DNA of 49,137 nucleotides from an uncultured bacterium (GCA_964513575.1 CAZENM010000001.1:1-49137); one strand, 5' to 3'. Positions 17,801 to 27,636 are shown, counted from the first letter of the stretch. The notes: generated by a model not told the origin, from the letters alone. Numbers and translations: made by a program.

Positions 17801-20221
17801 AAATCCGACAATTCTTCCTTTAAGTGCCGATCCAACTATGTCATGGCAATTATTATTAACCATTGGACAAATCCATTAAAATCCAATGAACAATATATGA
17901 TTCAGAGCTATACCTATGGTTTAGAAGCGGGTGAACTAGCCTTTATCTCGTATCTAAGCGTTTATTTCGGCTTCCTAGACGGGATTTACCATAAAAACAT
18001 TTATGAATGCACAACACGTTTAGAACGATATAAAAACATTGTTTTATCCTGTAAAAACAAGCAGGCCCAGTTCTCGTATAACTTTAAAAAGCAATTCTTA
18101 TTAGCTCTCGCCCGCGAGGACTTTAATGGACTAAACATCGGTAATAGCGAGTTTAACGAGGAATCTTACGTTCAGTTCATTTCCACACACCAAGAATTTA
18201 AGGGCGCTTACCAAGCCTATGCGGCTTATAAGGGATCTTTTCTTTATCTCTTTGGACACTACAAAAAAGCTTTAGAACTTTATGACATCACAGAGAGCTC
18301 TAGAGAGGCCTCTTTACTCCTTCCTAACGAACGGGAAATCAACTTTTATTACCAGCTGACCCTGCTGGCGCTTTACCCATCCATGAGTACATGGAAAAAG
18401 GGAAGGACCTGGTGGATCATCTATAGACACCTTCGTTTGCTAAAAACTTGGACCAAACTCTCACCATTCAACAACTCCCACAGACTCGCTTTGATCCGTG
18501 CGGAGATCGCCAGGATTCAGGGTAGGACGAACGAGGCAATTAAACAGTATGAAAAAGCGGCACGTCTCGCGAAGAAGCATGAATTCATCACCGAAGCAGC
18601 TTTAGCTAATGAACTTGCGGGTAAATTTTATCTAGAAAAGCATCAAAGCCGAATGGCAAAAAGTCATTTCCTTGAAGCGCATTATGGATATTTTAAAGCC
18701 GGAGTGACATCGAAAGTCGCCGACCTGGAAAGGCAATATCAGCATTTAGGCGCATCTTCCGGCGATGTTATTCGTGGAGGAGAGGGGCAAGAGCAAACAA
18801 CTATCGCAGTCAGCGGAACGGATCAACAGTACGACATCACGGCTGTGATGCGAGCGGCAAGTTCTATTGGAGGAGAAATCCATTTAGAACCTCTATTGCA
18901 GCAGATGTTAAAAATTGTGATGGAAGTCGGCGGCGCGGACCGTTCGTTATTTTTGCAGGAAAAAAATAAAAGCTGGTTTGTGCAGGCAGAGAAGACGCTT
19001 TCTCAGGACATGGCGGAAGTGATGCAAGCAATCCCTTATGAAGAAGCGAACGAATTACTGCCCGCAAGCGTGATTCAATATGTGATTCGGATGAAAAAAG
19101 AAATCATCCTCAATGACCCCTCGAAGCAAGGAATGTTTGCGCACGACCCATTTATCATGAGGGAAAACCCCCGTTCGGTACTCTGTATGCCTCTGAAGAG
19201 CAAAGGAAAGGTTACAGGGATTCTTTATTTAGAAAACCACGTCACAACGGAAGCGTTTACACCCGCAAGATTAGAGGTGTTAAAACTACTCACAGGGCAA
19301 ATCGCCACTTCCACAGAAAATGCGATTTTGTATTCCCAGCTCGAAGACTACAACCACAACCTGGAAGACAAAGTTTTTCAACGAACCGAGGAATTGAATG
19401 TAAAAAACACTGAACTTGAAGAGACGCTGATCAAGCTAGAAAAAATGCAAAAACAAGTGATCCAGCAAGAAAAACTCGCAGGTCTTGGTGTCTTAAGCCG
19501 TGGTGTCGCTCATGAAATTAAAAACCCCCTAAACTTCATTAATAATTTCTCCGGGATTTCAGTTGAGCTATTAGAAGATCTAGCCATAGCGTTAAAAACG
19601 AAAAATACGGAAGAGGTAACCGGGTTGATCGAAGACCTAAAAGTTAATCTGAATAAAATTCAGTTCCACAGTAAAAAAGCCGATCAGATTGTCATCTCCA
19701 TGATGCAGCACTCAAAGGCAACGAAGGGAGAAAGGGAGAGCGTCAACATCAATCAAATCCTTAAGGACTATACGGAGATCATGCAAAAAGATTTCCTAAG
19801 TAAGCACCCTGAAGCTCGCTTGAGTATAAATTCCCAATTAGACACCCATCTGCCGGAAATTCAAGCGATTCCTGAAGACATAGGAAAAACCCTTAGGAAT
19901 ATTATGGATAACGCTTTTTACGCCGTCGGAAGTAAATGGGATAAAAACAAGAGCACCTTTCAACCTATTGTCACATTACAATCTAAAAAACTGGAAGATG
20001 CGATAGAAATCATTATTCGCGACAACGGAACCGGCATTGCCAAGCAGGATATGGACAAAATCTTTCAACCGTTTTTCACAACAAAGCCCACTGGAACTGG
20101 TGCAGGGCTTGGTTTATCAATTGCTTACGATATTGTTGTACAAGAGCACCACGGACAAATTAATATAGATTCACAAGAAGGGGACTATACCCAGCTGACC
20201 ATCAGAATTCCCGAAAGATAA
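14852..20221 (+). CDS. multidomain sensor: Ser/Thr (pseudo)kinase - P-loop NTPase (AAA_16/STAND-like) - helical/TPR - GAF - histidine kinase
   Basis: 1789 aa. Kinase-like N-terminus ('HEDLNPKNIY', 'SPEQ'), Walker A 'GGYSGVGKTS', Walker B-like 'VFFLDDLQWAD', and a long helical region. A GAF-like segment lies around aa 1310-1470. The H-box is 'HEIKNPLNFI', with N/G1/F/G2 boxes 'DNAFYA','DNGTGI','FQPFFTTK','GTGAGLGLS'. The start is 2 nt after the upstream stop. Confidence 0.9.
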   Translation: MFSNIKNYTLRELVEEGRDNSIYKGTRNQDDIPVWVRVLKNRYPTVSELARLRHEFDISRVFDSPRILKPLSLQKFTNSQILVYPNFEGVSLETFLKTYKFEVESFIKIAISLAESLGHIHQKKVIHEDLNPKNIYINPNTFQIIVGGFGNSSMLSKEITQSKSHSKLESSPTYSSPEQFGRTHRKIDHRSDIYSMGIVLYEISTGSTPYTNTDFLELMHHHLTMLPKPPQELNPQIPGTISNIILKCLEKIPEERYFSSYGLINDLQRCLTAFKKNGVIPEFTPGQNDVYDVFRIPQHLYGREQELTALTHAFDYICQGNSECMMIGGYSGVGKTSLVEEAQKKIIHNKGYFVSGKFDQLQRDIPYTGVIYACRDLIQQALTESEATLIPLKERLFEALQNYGQLLINLIPELELIIGKQPEIQETGTQETQNRLQLFFGRFIRAFATAEMPLVFFLDDLQWADTPSLNLIRVLMTDKSINYFLLIGAYRDHETSPSHPLILTIQEIEKERGLVQNLILTPLDLASVIQITADTLHCGKDRAATLAQILHQKTGGNPFFLIELLKNLHQEKQIYFDPHTKIWEWDLEKIRIVESSENVIDLMIKRIMQSPKETQQILTLAAAVGVRFELHILARFLNQSLGKTLSILWNAITDELIEPVGDTYKLIVTNEEDFFDTDELIDTDISFEFAHDRIQQAAYLMLPSKEQKILHYKIAHLLLESIPPKKINDKIFEITSHFNRGFEEVKTREERKFLAELNLKACLKAKKSAAFGIAFECIDVARRSLETDSWQKNYDLTYQVFLESAECAYLVKRFDVIDSLSEVIMTNARSNDDKAHLYILKINFNTNISENRQALREGIECLSLYGVKVNEEPTPLDILGSLIKMKWKIRKYTTEQLENLPPMKQKDKAILVEILTHMAPPAFISNKKLFCYITNILVVMTVDYGSTPTSSLVFQSLAGLLEILFRDYKKGYELGQLAIRLSNKSDNSSFKCRSNYVMAIIINHWTNPLKSNEQYMIQSYTYGLEAGELAFISYLSVYFGFLDGIYHKNIYECTTRLERYKNIVLSCKNKQAQFSYNFKKQFLLALAREDFNGLNIGNSEFNEESYVQFISTHQEFKGAYQAYAAYKGSFLYLFGHYKKALELYDITESSREASLLLPNEREINFYYQLTLLALYPSMSTWKKGRTWWIIYRHLRLLKTWTKLSPFNNSHRLALIRAEIARIQGRTNEAIKQYEKAARLAKKHEFITEAALANELAGKFYLEKHQSRMAKSHFLEAHYGYFKAGVTSKVADLERQYQHLGASSGDVIRGGEGQEQTTIAVSGTDQQYDITAVMRAASSIGGEIHLEPLLQQMLKIVMEVGGADRSLFLQEKNKSWFVQAEKTLSQDMAEVMQAIPYEEANELLPASVIQYVIRMKKEIILNDPSKQGMFAHDPFIMRENPRSVLCMPLKSKGKVTGILYLENHVTTEAFTPARLEVLKLLTGQIATSTENAILYSQLEDYNHNLEDKVFQRTEELNVKNTELEETLIKLEKMQKQVIQQEKLAGLGVLSRGVAHEIKNPLNFINNFSGISVELLEDLAIALKTKNTEEVTGLIEDLKVNLNKIQFHSKKADQIVISMMQHSKATKGERESVNINQILKDYTEIMQKDFLSKHPEARLSINSQLDTHLPEIQAIPEDIGKTLRNIMDNAFYAVGSKWDKNKSTFQPIVTLQSKKLEDAIEIIIRDNGTGIAKQDMDKIFQPFFTTKPTGTGAGLGLSIAYDIVVQEHHGQINIDSQEGDYTQLTIRIPER

Positions 20222-20228
20222 GGACTAC

Positions 20229-21428
20229 ATGGATTATTTTGACGTCATCATCATCGGATGTGGCCCTGGCGGCGGGCAGTGCGCTCGGGAACTCGCTAAA
20301 AAAGATATTAAGGTCTTGATCGTTGAAAAAGCGCGCGATTTTCACGCGAATAATTTTTCGAGCGGCGGAGTCCCCTTATCAGTTATGGAGGAGTTTTCAA
20401 TCCCCTCCGAGGCTGCGGGCAGCTACTGGAACAACCTTACAGTTCACAGTTCCTACAAAAAAATAGAATGGTCTCAAGAAAGCCCATTTGGGGCCATTTT
20501 AGACTTCTGTAAGCTTCGGAAATTTTTAGCCGATGAAGTCAGCCAAAATGGAGGAGTTGTCCGATTGGACACAGCCTATGTCGACCACTGGGAACAGGGT
20601 GAAAATCTTATTGTCAAATTGCACCATCACGAATCTTCCCAGGACTACACAGTGCGCACTAGAGTTTTAGTTGACGCCACCGGAACAGAGCGGAAGGTGT
20701 TGGCTAAGGAGGATTATAATAAAAACAAGGCATTGATTCTAACGGGAATAGAATACTTAATTCAAGTTCCTGAAACAGTGTATTCTTCCTACGCTGATAC
20801 GATGTCGCTATTTTTAGGTCACCGTTGGATGCCGCAAGGGTATGGATGGGTATTTCCGATGGGATCCCTACAACTTAAGGTGGGTGTTGTTCGCTATTTT
20901 GCTCATGAAAACTATGTTCCGCATGAAAAATCTTATAAGCATTATCAAGATCACCTGATCGAGACTGTGATTGGGACAAAGGAACCGCAGATTTTAGACA
21001 AGCATGGAAAAACGATCTATTACACGTACCAACGAAAAGATCCCCATTACAAAGACTCGGTCATTGCTATTGGAGATGCTGTATCCACAATAAATCCCCT
21101 TGCCTGCGAAGGAATTAGGCATGCGTTAAAGAGCGGTGTGATCGCCGCTAAGTACATTTCACATAAGATAAAAAATAGCAGTTATTCATTCTCCGCTTAT
21201 CAATCCGAAATTAACAAATACTGCGGCATCAAGTGGTCATGGTCTGAGTGGGTAATGAAAAAGGTCTATCGATTTAAGAACGATAAAAATTATGATCTTG
21301 CGCTTGATTCCTTTCAAAATTTTACCGGTCAAGAAATGATGGAGTTTGCCTTCGACTACAAATTCAGTAAAGTTTTGAAGTTTTGCGCAGGTTATTATAC
21401 AAAAAAAATAAAGTCATTATTCAAGTAG
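20229..21428 (+). CDS. FAD-dependent oxidoreductase (geranylgeranyl-reductase family)
   Basis: 399 aa. N-terminal dinucleotide fold 'DVIIIGCGPGGGQCARELAKKDIKVLIVEK' and a 'GDA' motif ('AIGDAVSTINP'). Confidence 0.75.
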   Translation: MDYFDVIIIGCGPGGGQCARELAKKDIKVLIVEKARDFHANNFSSGGVPLSVMEEFSIPSEAAGSYWNNLTVHSSYKKIEWSQESPFGAILDFCKLRKFLADEVSQNGGVVRLDTAYVDHWEQGENLIVKLHHHESSQDYTVRTRVLVDATGTERKVLAKEDYNKNKALILTGIEYLIQVPETVYSSYADTMSLFLGHRWMPQGYGWVFPMGSLQLKVGVVRYFAHENYVPHEKSYKHYQDHLIETVIGTKEPQILDKHGKTIYYTYQRKDPHYKDSVIAIGDAVSTINPLACEGIRHALKSGVIAAKYISHKIKNSSYSFSAYQSEINKYCGIKWSWSEWVMKKVYRFKNDKNYDLALDSFQNFTGQEMMEFAFDYKFSKVLKFCAGYYTKKIKSLFK

Positions 21429-21436
21429 GGGGAAAT

Positions 21437-22417
21437 ATGAAAGCTGCATTTATTAGAGAGTTAGGTCCCGCGGAAAGTATTGAATTTGGAGAGCTTCCCA
21501 AGCCTATTCCCGAATCTAATCAAGTGTTGGTGAAGGTTACCGCTGTGACTGTTAACCACATTGACACCTATATCCGCTCAGGGGCATATCCGGTAGACCT
21601 AGAATTCCCCTTTATTATCGGCCGAGATGCTGTAGGAATTGTGGAAGAGGTAGGTGCGCATGTATTCAACTTCAAAAAAGGGGATCGTGTCTGGACAAAT
21701 AACCAAGGGATTCAGGGCCGCCAAGGAACTTTCGCTGAATATATCGCCGTCGATTCAGAGTTACTATACCCCTTGCCGGCTAATGTCGACCCCAAAGAAG
21801 CAGTTGCGGTCCTACATGGCGCTGTGACAGCCACAGCAGGAATTATTTTGGCGGCCAAATTAAAAGAAGGCGATACAATCTTTGTGAACGGTGGAGCCGG
21901 TGGTGTAGGTACGGCTGTTATTCAAATGGCAAAAGCACGCGGCGCGAGGGTCATAGCCTCTGCAGGAAGCCCGGAAAAAATGGAATGGTGTAAAACAATC
22001 GGCGCGGATTATGTCTTTAACTACAAAACAGATTCCGCTGAAGAGCAGATATTAAAATTTGTCCCTTGTGGTGTAGACGCCTACTGGGATACATCCCGAG
22101 AAATTAATTTAGAGTTAGCTGTGCGCGTCACCGGCAACAATGGAAGAATTGTGATTATGGCAGGTAAAAAGGACTATAAAGCGCTTCTGCCGATCCCTGA
22201 TTTCTATAGAAAAGAACTTTCAATGAACGGTTTTGTTATCAACCACGCAAGCCCCGCTGAACTTGCCAACTACGCGATCATCATTAACCGATGCCTAGAG
22301 GAAAAAATACTTACAGGCAAAATTGCGATCGAATTGCCCCTCAGCGAGGCAGCAAAGGCACATAAAATCCAGGAAACCGACAGGAATCTGTGGGGGAAAA
22401 TCGTACTAATACCATAG
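21437..22417 (+). CDS. NADPH:quinone oxidoreductase / zeta-crystallin-like MDR
   Basis: The ORF track begins at 21383. ATG 21437 follows a GGGGGAAA RBS and removes the overlap with the upstream gene. It shows an 'MKAAFIRELG...' GroES-like fold and the 'GGAGGVGTAVIQMAK' NAD(P) motif. Confidence 0.85.
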   Translation: MKAAFIRELGPAESIEFGELPKPIPESNQVLVKVTAVTVNHIDTYIRSGAYPVDLEFPFIIGRDAVGIVEEVGAHVFNFKKGDRVWTNNQGIQGRQGTFAEYIAVDSELLYPLPANVDPKEAVAVLHGAVTATAGIILAAKLKEGDTIFVNGGAGGVGTAVIQMAKARGARVIASAGSPEKMEWCKTIGADYVFNYKTDSAEEQILKFVPCGVDAYWDTSREINLELAVRVTGNNGRIVIMAGKKDYKALLPIPDFYRKELSMNGFVINHASPAELANYAIIINRCLEEKILTGKIAIELPLSEAAKAHKIQETDRNLWGKIVLIP

Positions 22418-22425
22418 GAATATTT

Positions 22426-23082
22426 ATGCATAAACCTCTGAATGAATACATAGATCACACTTTGTTGAAACCTGACGCAACTTGGGAAGAAATAGAAAAA
22501 TTATGCAAGGAAAGCATTGAGTATCAATTTGCCTCAGCATGCGTTAACCCCGTCTGGGTCGAATCTGCGTATGAGCTGCTAAAAGGGACAAAAGTTAAAC
22601 TATGCAGTGTTGTAGGATTCCCTCTAGGATCCACCACAACAGAATCCAAGGCAGGAGAAGCTTACCAACTTAGCATGTGCGGAGTCCAGGAAATAGATAT
22701 GGTGATCAATATTGGAGCTCTTAAATCCAAAGACTACGACAAAGTGCGCAAAGACATTGAAGAAGTCGTTAAAGCAGCCTCCTCAGGGATCGTAAAGGTG
22801 ATTCTAGAAACGTGCTTGCTGACAGATCATGAAAAAGAAATAGCCACTCTTTTATCCGTGGAAGCCGGGGCCAGTTTTGTAAAAACCTCCACCGGGTTTG
22901 CTAAGGCAGGAGCAACAATTCGCGATATTACTCTGATAAAAAATGTCGTTGGATCCGACTGTGGGATTAAAGCATCCGGCGGCATTCGCGATCTCGCGAC
23001 GGCACTAGCGATGATTGACGCTGGGGCAACACGGATAGGGTCGAGCTACGGGATAACCATTATGGAGTCCTTAAGAGGCTAA
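22426..23082 (+). CDS. deoC: deoxyribose-phosphate aldolase
   Basis: 'IDHTLLKPDAT', 'VCVNP'-like 'ACVNPVWV', 'EIDMVINIG', and Schiff-base Lys in 'FVKTSTGF'. ATG 22426 is preferred over GTG 22390. Confidence 0.9.
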   Translation: MHKPLNEYIDHTLLKPDATWEEIEKLCKESIEYQFASACVNPVWVESAYELLKGTKVKLCSVVGFPLGSTTTESKAGEAYQLSMCGVQEIDMVINIGALKSKDYDKVRKDIEEVVKAASSGIVKVILETCLLTDHEKEIATLLSVEAGASFVKTSTGFAKAGATIRDITLIKNVVGSDCGIKASGGIRDLATALAMIDAGATRIGSSYGITIMESLRG

Positions 23083-23297
23083 CAGGAAATACCGCCCGAT
23101 TGCTTTTTGGTCATTTTTCCGATTCTTGACCATTTATACAAGTTCCCTACTAACAATAGTATGTGAACTTGCATGAATGATCAATCTTCAAAAAAATTCC
23201 TCAAAAATCAACTTTGGCGCTATTTTCTGTCAGCCTCTAAGAGCTGAAAGGGAATTGTACGAGCACAACAAGTCAATTTAAATGACTTGTTGACCTA

Positions 23298-26159
23298 CTA
23301 GTGCCTTTGCCTTTTTGCCCCTTTATCTTCACGACCCGACCCTTGAGTTGAAAGCTCCTGATGTATTTCTAAGGCGTTGAAATTTTTCAGATTCACATAA
23401 TCGGCAAGGGAATCTAGTTTATTGCTTTCCAGTTCCATCTGAGTACTCTTATTGTTTTCTATGAATTTAACCAGAAGGGCGAGTCCGTTGTCTTTATAGA
23501 ATTTGATGATATTTTTATTGAAGTTGATGATGTCATCTTGCCCTTTAATAGTTTTAGTTTGAGCTATAAATGCATCAATTTTTCGCGCGATGCTATGACG
23601 TTTATCCTCTAAAATAGACTTCCAGATTTCGCTCTTTTCATTTAGCATTTTTGTGATGCTTGCAAAAATTTCTGAAATATCACCCTGTCGCTCTTCCAAT
23701 TGAGCGCAATAGTACTCGATATCCAAATCGACGCCGATGGCTCTAAGGTCTCTACCTTCATGAAGACCAATCTTTGATAACACTTTACCAATAGCGCCAA
23801 ATGAGGGATCTCCCGTCATGTGATCTTTTAATCCAAGCAGGTTGATATAACTATCCAAGGAGCTCATCTGCCTTTGACTTATGGGCTGCGCGTTGCTGCT
23901 TGCGGCTTGGCTAGGATCTTCAATAAAATCTTCGGCCACGCCTACATTCCAGGCCGTCAGTAATAGAAACAGGTCTTGATCATCAAACTTGCTTCGAAAG
24001 GAATCTAATTTCAGGTTGGATTGCGCAGCAACTTTACTCGAGGCCAATTGTTTAATATTCTTAAATCGGATTTGTAGGGAGTTATACTTTTTCTTAAACT
24101 CTGAAGCTAGAGTGGTCGTTCCGAAGGTTGTTTCAATGCAAACAGAGAGTTTTAAAATTTCCGAAGCAAAATATTCCGAAACTTTGTTAATATCCGCGAG
24201 CATATGTTTCCCAAATCCCTCTTGTCTTACTACTGTGGAAAGGGTTTTTGCTTGAGAGGATAGTTCATTATAAAATTGAGGATATAAAAACAGTTTTGCT
24301 AAATTCTGTACTGATCTTGTGGTTTCAAGCGCCGGAATTTCTAAGAATAGGGCTTGGCTAATTTTTCGTTCAGTGTGAATCCCCTCGAAAAACTCTTCAA
24401 AATTACTTATCGGCTCATTATTTTCTAATTTTGCTATTAAGGAACTAAATTTTTGCTCGGTTTCGGTAAAGAACTTTTCAGTATTAATTTCTCCACGAGT
24501 CACATGGAGTAGGAATTTTCTACTGAGCTCTTGATTGTTTTTGATCAAATCAAAGGGGGTCACCCCATTTATATCACAAAGGTCAACCGACGCTCCGGCA
24601 TTTAAAAGAACTTCAAGGACTTCAGGATGTTGATATTCGCACGCACAATGCATTGCCGTTGATAAATCACCATGGGCTCGTTCATTAATATCTAGCTGGA
24701 TTTTCTTTTCTTGAGCGCATTGAATCAGGGTTTTAACAACATTATCTCTGCCATAAACCGATGCTAAGGATAGGAGGGAACTTCCTAAATTTGTTTTAAT
24801 ATGAATTGAGGCTCCAGCGTCGATAAGAACTTCAACAACATCCGCATATCCTTTTTTGGCTGCTTTCATCAGGGGTGTCATAAATGAGGTCTCGTTATCC
24901 TCATAGTAATACTGTGCGTCAATATCGAAGAGAACATTATTTTCCATAGCGATTCGGATGAGGCCTCGAACAATTTCAGCATTACCAGTTTGAGTGGCAA
25001 CATAGAGTGGTGTGGGGTTTCCTTCGTCTGACACCTCCATTGAAGCTCCTTTAATCAGCAGGGCTTCGATAATGCCTAAATTTCCAGTTTTGCATGCTTT
25101 GAGCAATGGTGTCATAAAAGGCATTTTACAATCATCATCTCGATACCAGGCATCAATATCGAAGAAAGGGTCTTTATCCGCGGCGATTCGTATTAGGGAT
25201 TGAACAATTTCGGTTTTATTTCTTTGAACCGCTAAAAAGAGCGGTGTGGGGTAAGTCATCTCAGCAATTCCTGATAGGGCCCCGGCGTTATATAGAGCTT
25301 CAATAATTTCGACAGACCCTTTATAGCAAGCATGATGCAGCATAGTCCATCCGTCGAATATATCTGGCGTATCAAAAAATCTGGTGTTAACACCTAGATC
25401 AATGTCCTTTTCGGCGGCAGTTTTAATCAACAATTTCACGACATCACTATTATTTTCAATAACAGATATTAATAGTGGGCATCTTCCAAATCGATCATTT
25501 TTCACGATCGAAGCTCCATTATTTATTAATATTTCAACAATTTCTATAGACCCTTGTTTGCATGCAAGTTGCAAGGGCGTATCATTAATTGTGTAACTTT
25601 TTGGATTAATATTAAGGTTTATGCTTTTTTCTTTAGCGCAGCGAATCAATGTTTTAACTACATCTAACCTATCGTTGACGATCGCAACCTCTAAAGGTTT
25701 ATAACCAAAGCTAACTCCTATATCAACAGAAGCTCCCGCATTTATTAATTCTTCGACAATTTCCGCGTACCCTTTTCTACAAGCAATGTGTAGGGGTGTT
25801 TCATTAAGCTCATTATCCACAGCGTCAACATTGAAAATGCCGATTTCTTCTCCGGGTTCAGCTAAAATCTGTTTTACAAACAACTCCTGGTCGAGTTTTA
25901 ATATGACTCGGACGGCTCTTAGGTCACCTTTTTCCGCCGCTGCAAATAAAAATGTTTTTTTGTATTCGGGATCAACTTCAAATGGTGAATTTATCTGTAA
26001 TAACAAGTTTGAAAATGGGACAACAGAAGTTTCTGTGAGGAGGTTAGGGCTTTCAAGAATTTCCCAAATTTGTTGTTTCAGTGTTTGTTGCTGTGTTAAC
26101 GAGGAACTGGCAGCTATTAGTTGATGATTAAAACCACCCAAAATTTGAAATACATTCAT
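23298..26159 (-). CDS. ankyrin-repeat protein with an uncharacterised C-terminal region
   Basis: 953 aa with about 12 ANK units (e.g. 'TPLHIACRKGYAEIVEELINAGASVD', 'TPLQLACKQGSIEIVEILINNGASI') across aa ~65-545. The remaining ~400 aa have no recognisable motif. Confidence 0.9.
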   Translation of the reverse strand: MNVFQILGGFNHQLIAASSSLTQQQTLKQQIWEILESPNLLTETSVVPFSNLLLQINSPFEVDPEYKKTFLFAAAEKGDLRAVRVILKLDQELFVKQILAEPGEEIGIFNVDAVDNELNETPLHIACRKGYAEIVEELINAGASVDIGVSFGYKPLEVAIVNDRLDVVKTLIRCAKEKSINLNINPKSYTINDTPLQLACKQGSIEIVEILINNGASIVKNDRFGRCPLLISVIENNSDVVKLLIKTAAEKDIDLGVNTRFFDTPDIFDGWTMLHHACYKGSVEIIEALYNAGALSGIAEMTYPTPLFLAVQRNKTEIVQSLIRIAADKDPFFDIDAWYRDDDCKMPFMTPLLKACKTGNLGIIEALLIKGASMEVSDEGNPTPLYVATQTGNAEIVRGLIRIAMENNVLFDIDAQYYYEDNETSFMTPLMKAAKKGYADVVEVLIDAGASIHIKTNLGSSLLSLASVYGRDNVVKTLIQCAQEKKIQLDINERAHGDLSTAMHCACEYQHPEVLEVLLNAGASVDLCDINGVTPFDLIKNNQELSRKFLLHVTRGEINTEKFFTETEQKFSSLIAKLENNEPISNFEEFFEGIHTERKISQALFLEIPALETTRSVQNLAKLFLYPQFYNELSSQAKTLSTVVRQEGFGKHMLADINKVSEYFASEILKLSVCIETTFGTTTLASEFKKKYNSLQIRFKNIKQLASSKVAAQSNLKLDSFRSKFDDQDLFLLLTAWNVGVAEDFIEDPSQAASSNAQPISQRQMSSLDSYINLLGLKDHMTGDPSFGAIGKVLSKIGLHEGRDLRAIGVDLDIEYYCAQLEERQGDISEIFASITKMLNEKSEIWKSILEDKRHSIARKIDAFIAQTKTIKGQDDIINFNKNIIKFYKDNGLALLVKFIENNKSTQMELESNKLDSLADYVNLKNFNALEIHQELSTQGSGREDKGAKRQRH

Positions 26160-26490
26160 TTACTCACCTAATTAAGTTTTTAACAAAAAGAATTGTACAA
26201 AGTAATTTAAATAAAATCAAGAAGTAAAGCATCAAACAAATCTAAAAAAAACAGCGGCCTACGCGCTTGATCATCCTGTGTCTGATCGCCAAAAAAAACC
26301 TAGTTAAAGATCCTCACGTATAATTATTGAGAGCCTTGGGGGATAGCCAACACTAAGTGGCGTTTTTATTGGGAGGCTGTTATAGATAAAACAAACAAGT
26401 CGCGGCTAGATTTCAGAAAATGTTTGACGAAGATTTTAGGATTTGAACTTTTTCACAGCCTCTATGTGTGTTCAATTAAAGGAGATGAAG

Positions 26491-27636
26491 ATGGAAAACA
26501 AAAACGATTCGAAACATTCATGCAGTGGATGTCAAAAAGAAAAGGTATCGGATATCGGGAGCATGCCGGCCCACCTCTTAAGTCCTTTACAGATCCGAAG
26601 CGTTACTCTTAGAAACCGAATTGTCGTCTCTCCAATGTGTCAATATTCTTCTATGGATGGCTTCGCGAATGATTGGCATCTGGTTCATCTGGGCAGCAGA
26701 GCTGTTGGTGGAGCCGGGCTTGTGTTTACTGAAGCGGCTGCGGTAACTGCTCAAGGTAGAATTTCACCTGAAGATTTAGGCATCTGGAAAGATGAGCACA
26801 TCGCCCCTCTAAAGAGGATTGTGGATTTTATACATAGTATGGGGGCTATCGCAGGAATTCAGCTTGCTCATGCAGGCCGTAAAGCAAGCACCCAGTCGCC
26901 CTGGAAAGGCGATAATGTACTTTTGGAATCAGAAGGGGGTTGGGAAGTTATTGCGCCCAGTCCCATCCCATTCTCTTCGGACAGGCCCGTTCCCACTGAA
27001 CTTGACTCGGCCGGGATTAAGGCGGTCATAAATGAATTTGTCGAAGCAACTAAACGTTCGCTCCTAGCGGGGTTTAAGGTCATTGAAATTCACTCTGCCC
27101 ATGGTTATTTGATTCATGAATTTCTGTCTCCCCTATCGAATCACCGGACAGATGAGTGGGGAGGAAGTTTTGAAAATAGGATTCGTTTATTGTGTGAGAT
27201 TGTGATAGCAGTCCGGAAGACAATTCCGGAAACGATGCCATTATTTACACGAATTTCGGCGACTGATTGGGTCGAGGGTGGATGGGATATTGAACAATCC
27301 GTGACTTTAGCGAAAAAATTAAAAACGTTGGGTGTTGATTTAATTGACACATCTTCCGGGGCACTGCTACCTCACGTAAAAATCCCTGTGAAAGTGGGTT
27401 TTCAAATCCCCTTTGCCAAAGAGATACGGGAGCGTGCTCAGATCATGACCGGTGCTGTAGGACTTATATCCGATCCTCTTCTAGCAGAGGAAGTCATTGC
27501 TTCCGGGAAGGCTGACTTAGCCTTTTTAGCGAGAGAGTTTCTTCGGGAGCCTTACTGGAGCGTAAAGGCAGCGCAAGCGCTTAATCAAGCAGCTCCGTGG
27601 CCTAAGCAGTACCAGTACGCGATCCATAGAAGATGA
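26491..27636 (+). CDS. namA: NADPH-dependent flavin oxidoreductase, Old Yellow Enzyme (YqjM-type)
   Basis: 'LRNRIVVSPMCQYSS', 'HLGSRAVGGAGLVFTEAAAV', 'IQLAHAGRKAS', 'IEIHSAHGYLIHEFLSP'. AAGGAG RBS at 26479-26484 favours ATG 26491. Confidence 0.85.
   Translation: MENKNDSKHSCSGCQKEKVSDIGSMPAHLLSPLQIRSVTLRNRIVVSPMCQYSSMDGFANDWHLVHLGSRAVGGAGLVFTEAAAVTAQGRISPEDLGIWKDEHIAPLKRIVDFIHSMGAIAGIQLAHAGRKASTQSPWKGDNVLLESEGGWEVIAPSPIPFSSDRPVPTELDSAGIKAVINEFVEATKRSLLAGFKVIEIHSAHGYLIHEFLSPLSNHRTDEWGGSFENRIRLLCEIVIAVRKTIPETMPLFTRISATDWVEGGWDIEQSVTLAKKLKTLGVDLIDTSSGALLPHVKIPVKVGFQIPFAKEIRERAQIMTGAVGLISDPLLAEEVIASGKADLAFLAREFLREPYWSVKAAQALNQAAPWPKQYQYAIHRR

Noticed and set aside
24524-25967. Periodic DNA repeats in the ankyrin region as a possible CRISPR or tandem-repeat array
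   Set aside because: The periodicity is at protein level (33-aa ANK units, diverged at DNA level) inside one long ORF. There is no repeat-spacer architecture.
26168-26176. 'cttaattag' upstream of the ankyrin gene as another member of the TATAATTAG motif set
   Set aside because: It lies only 8 nt from the ATG and overlaps the AGGTGAG ribosome-binding site. The position is incompatible with the other copies.
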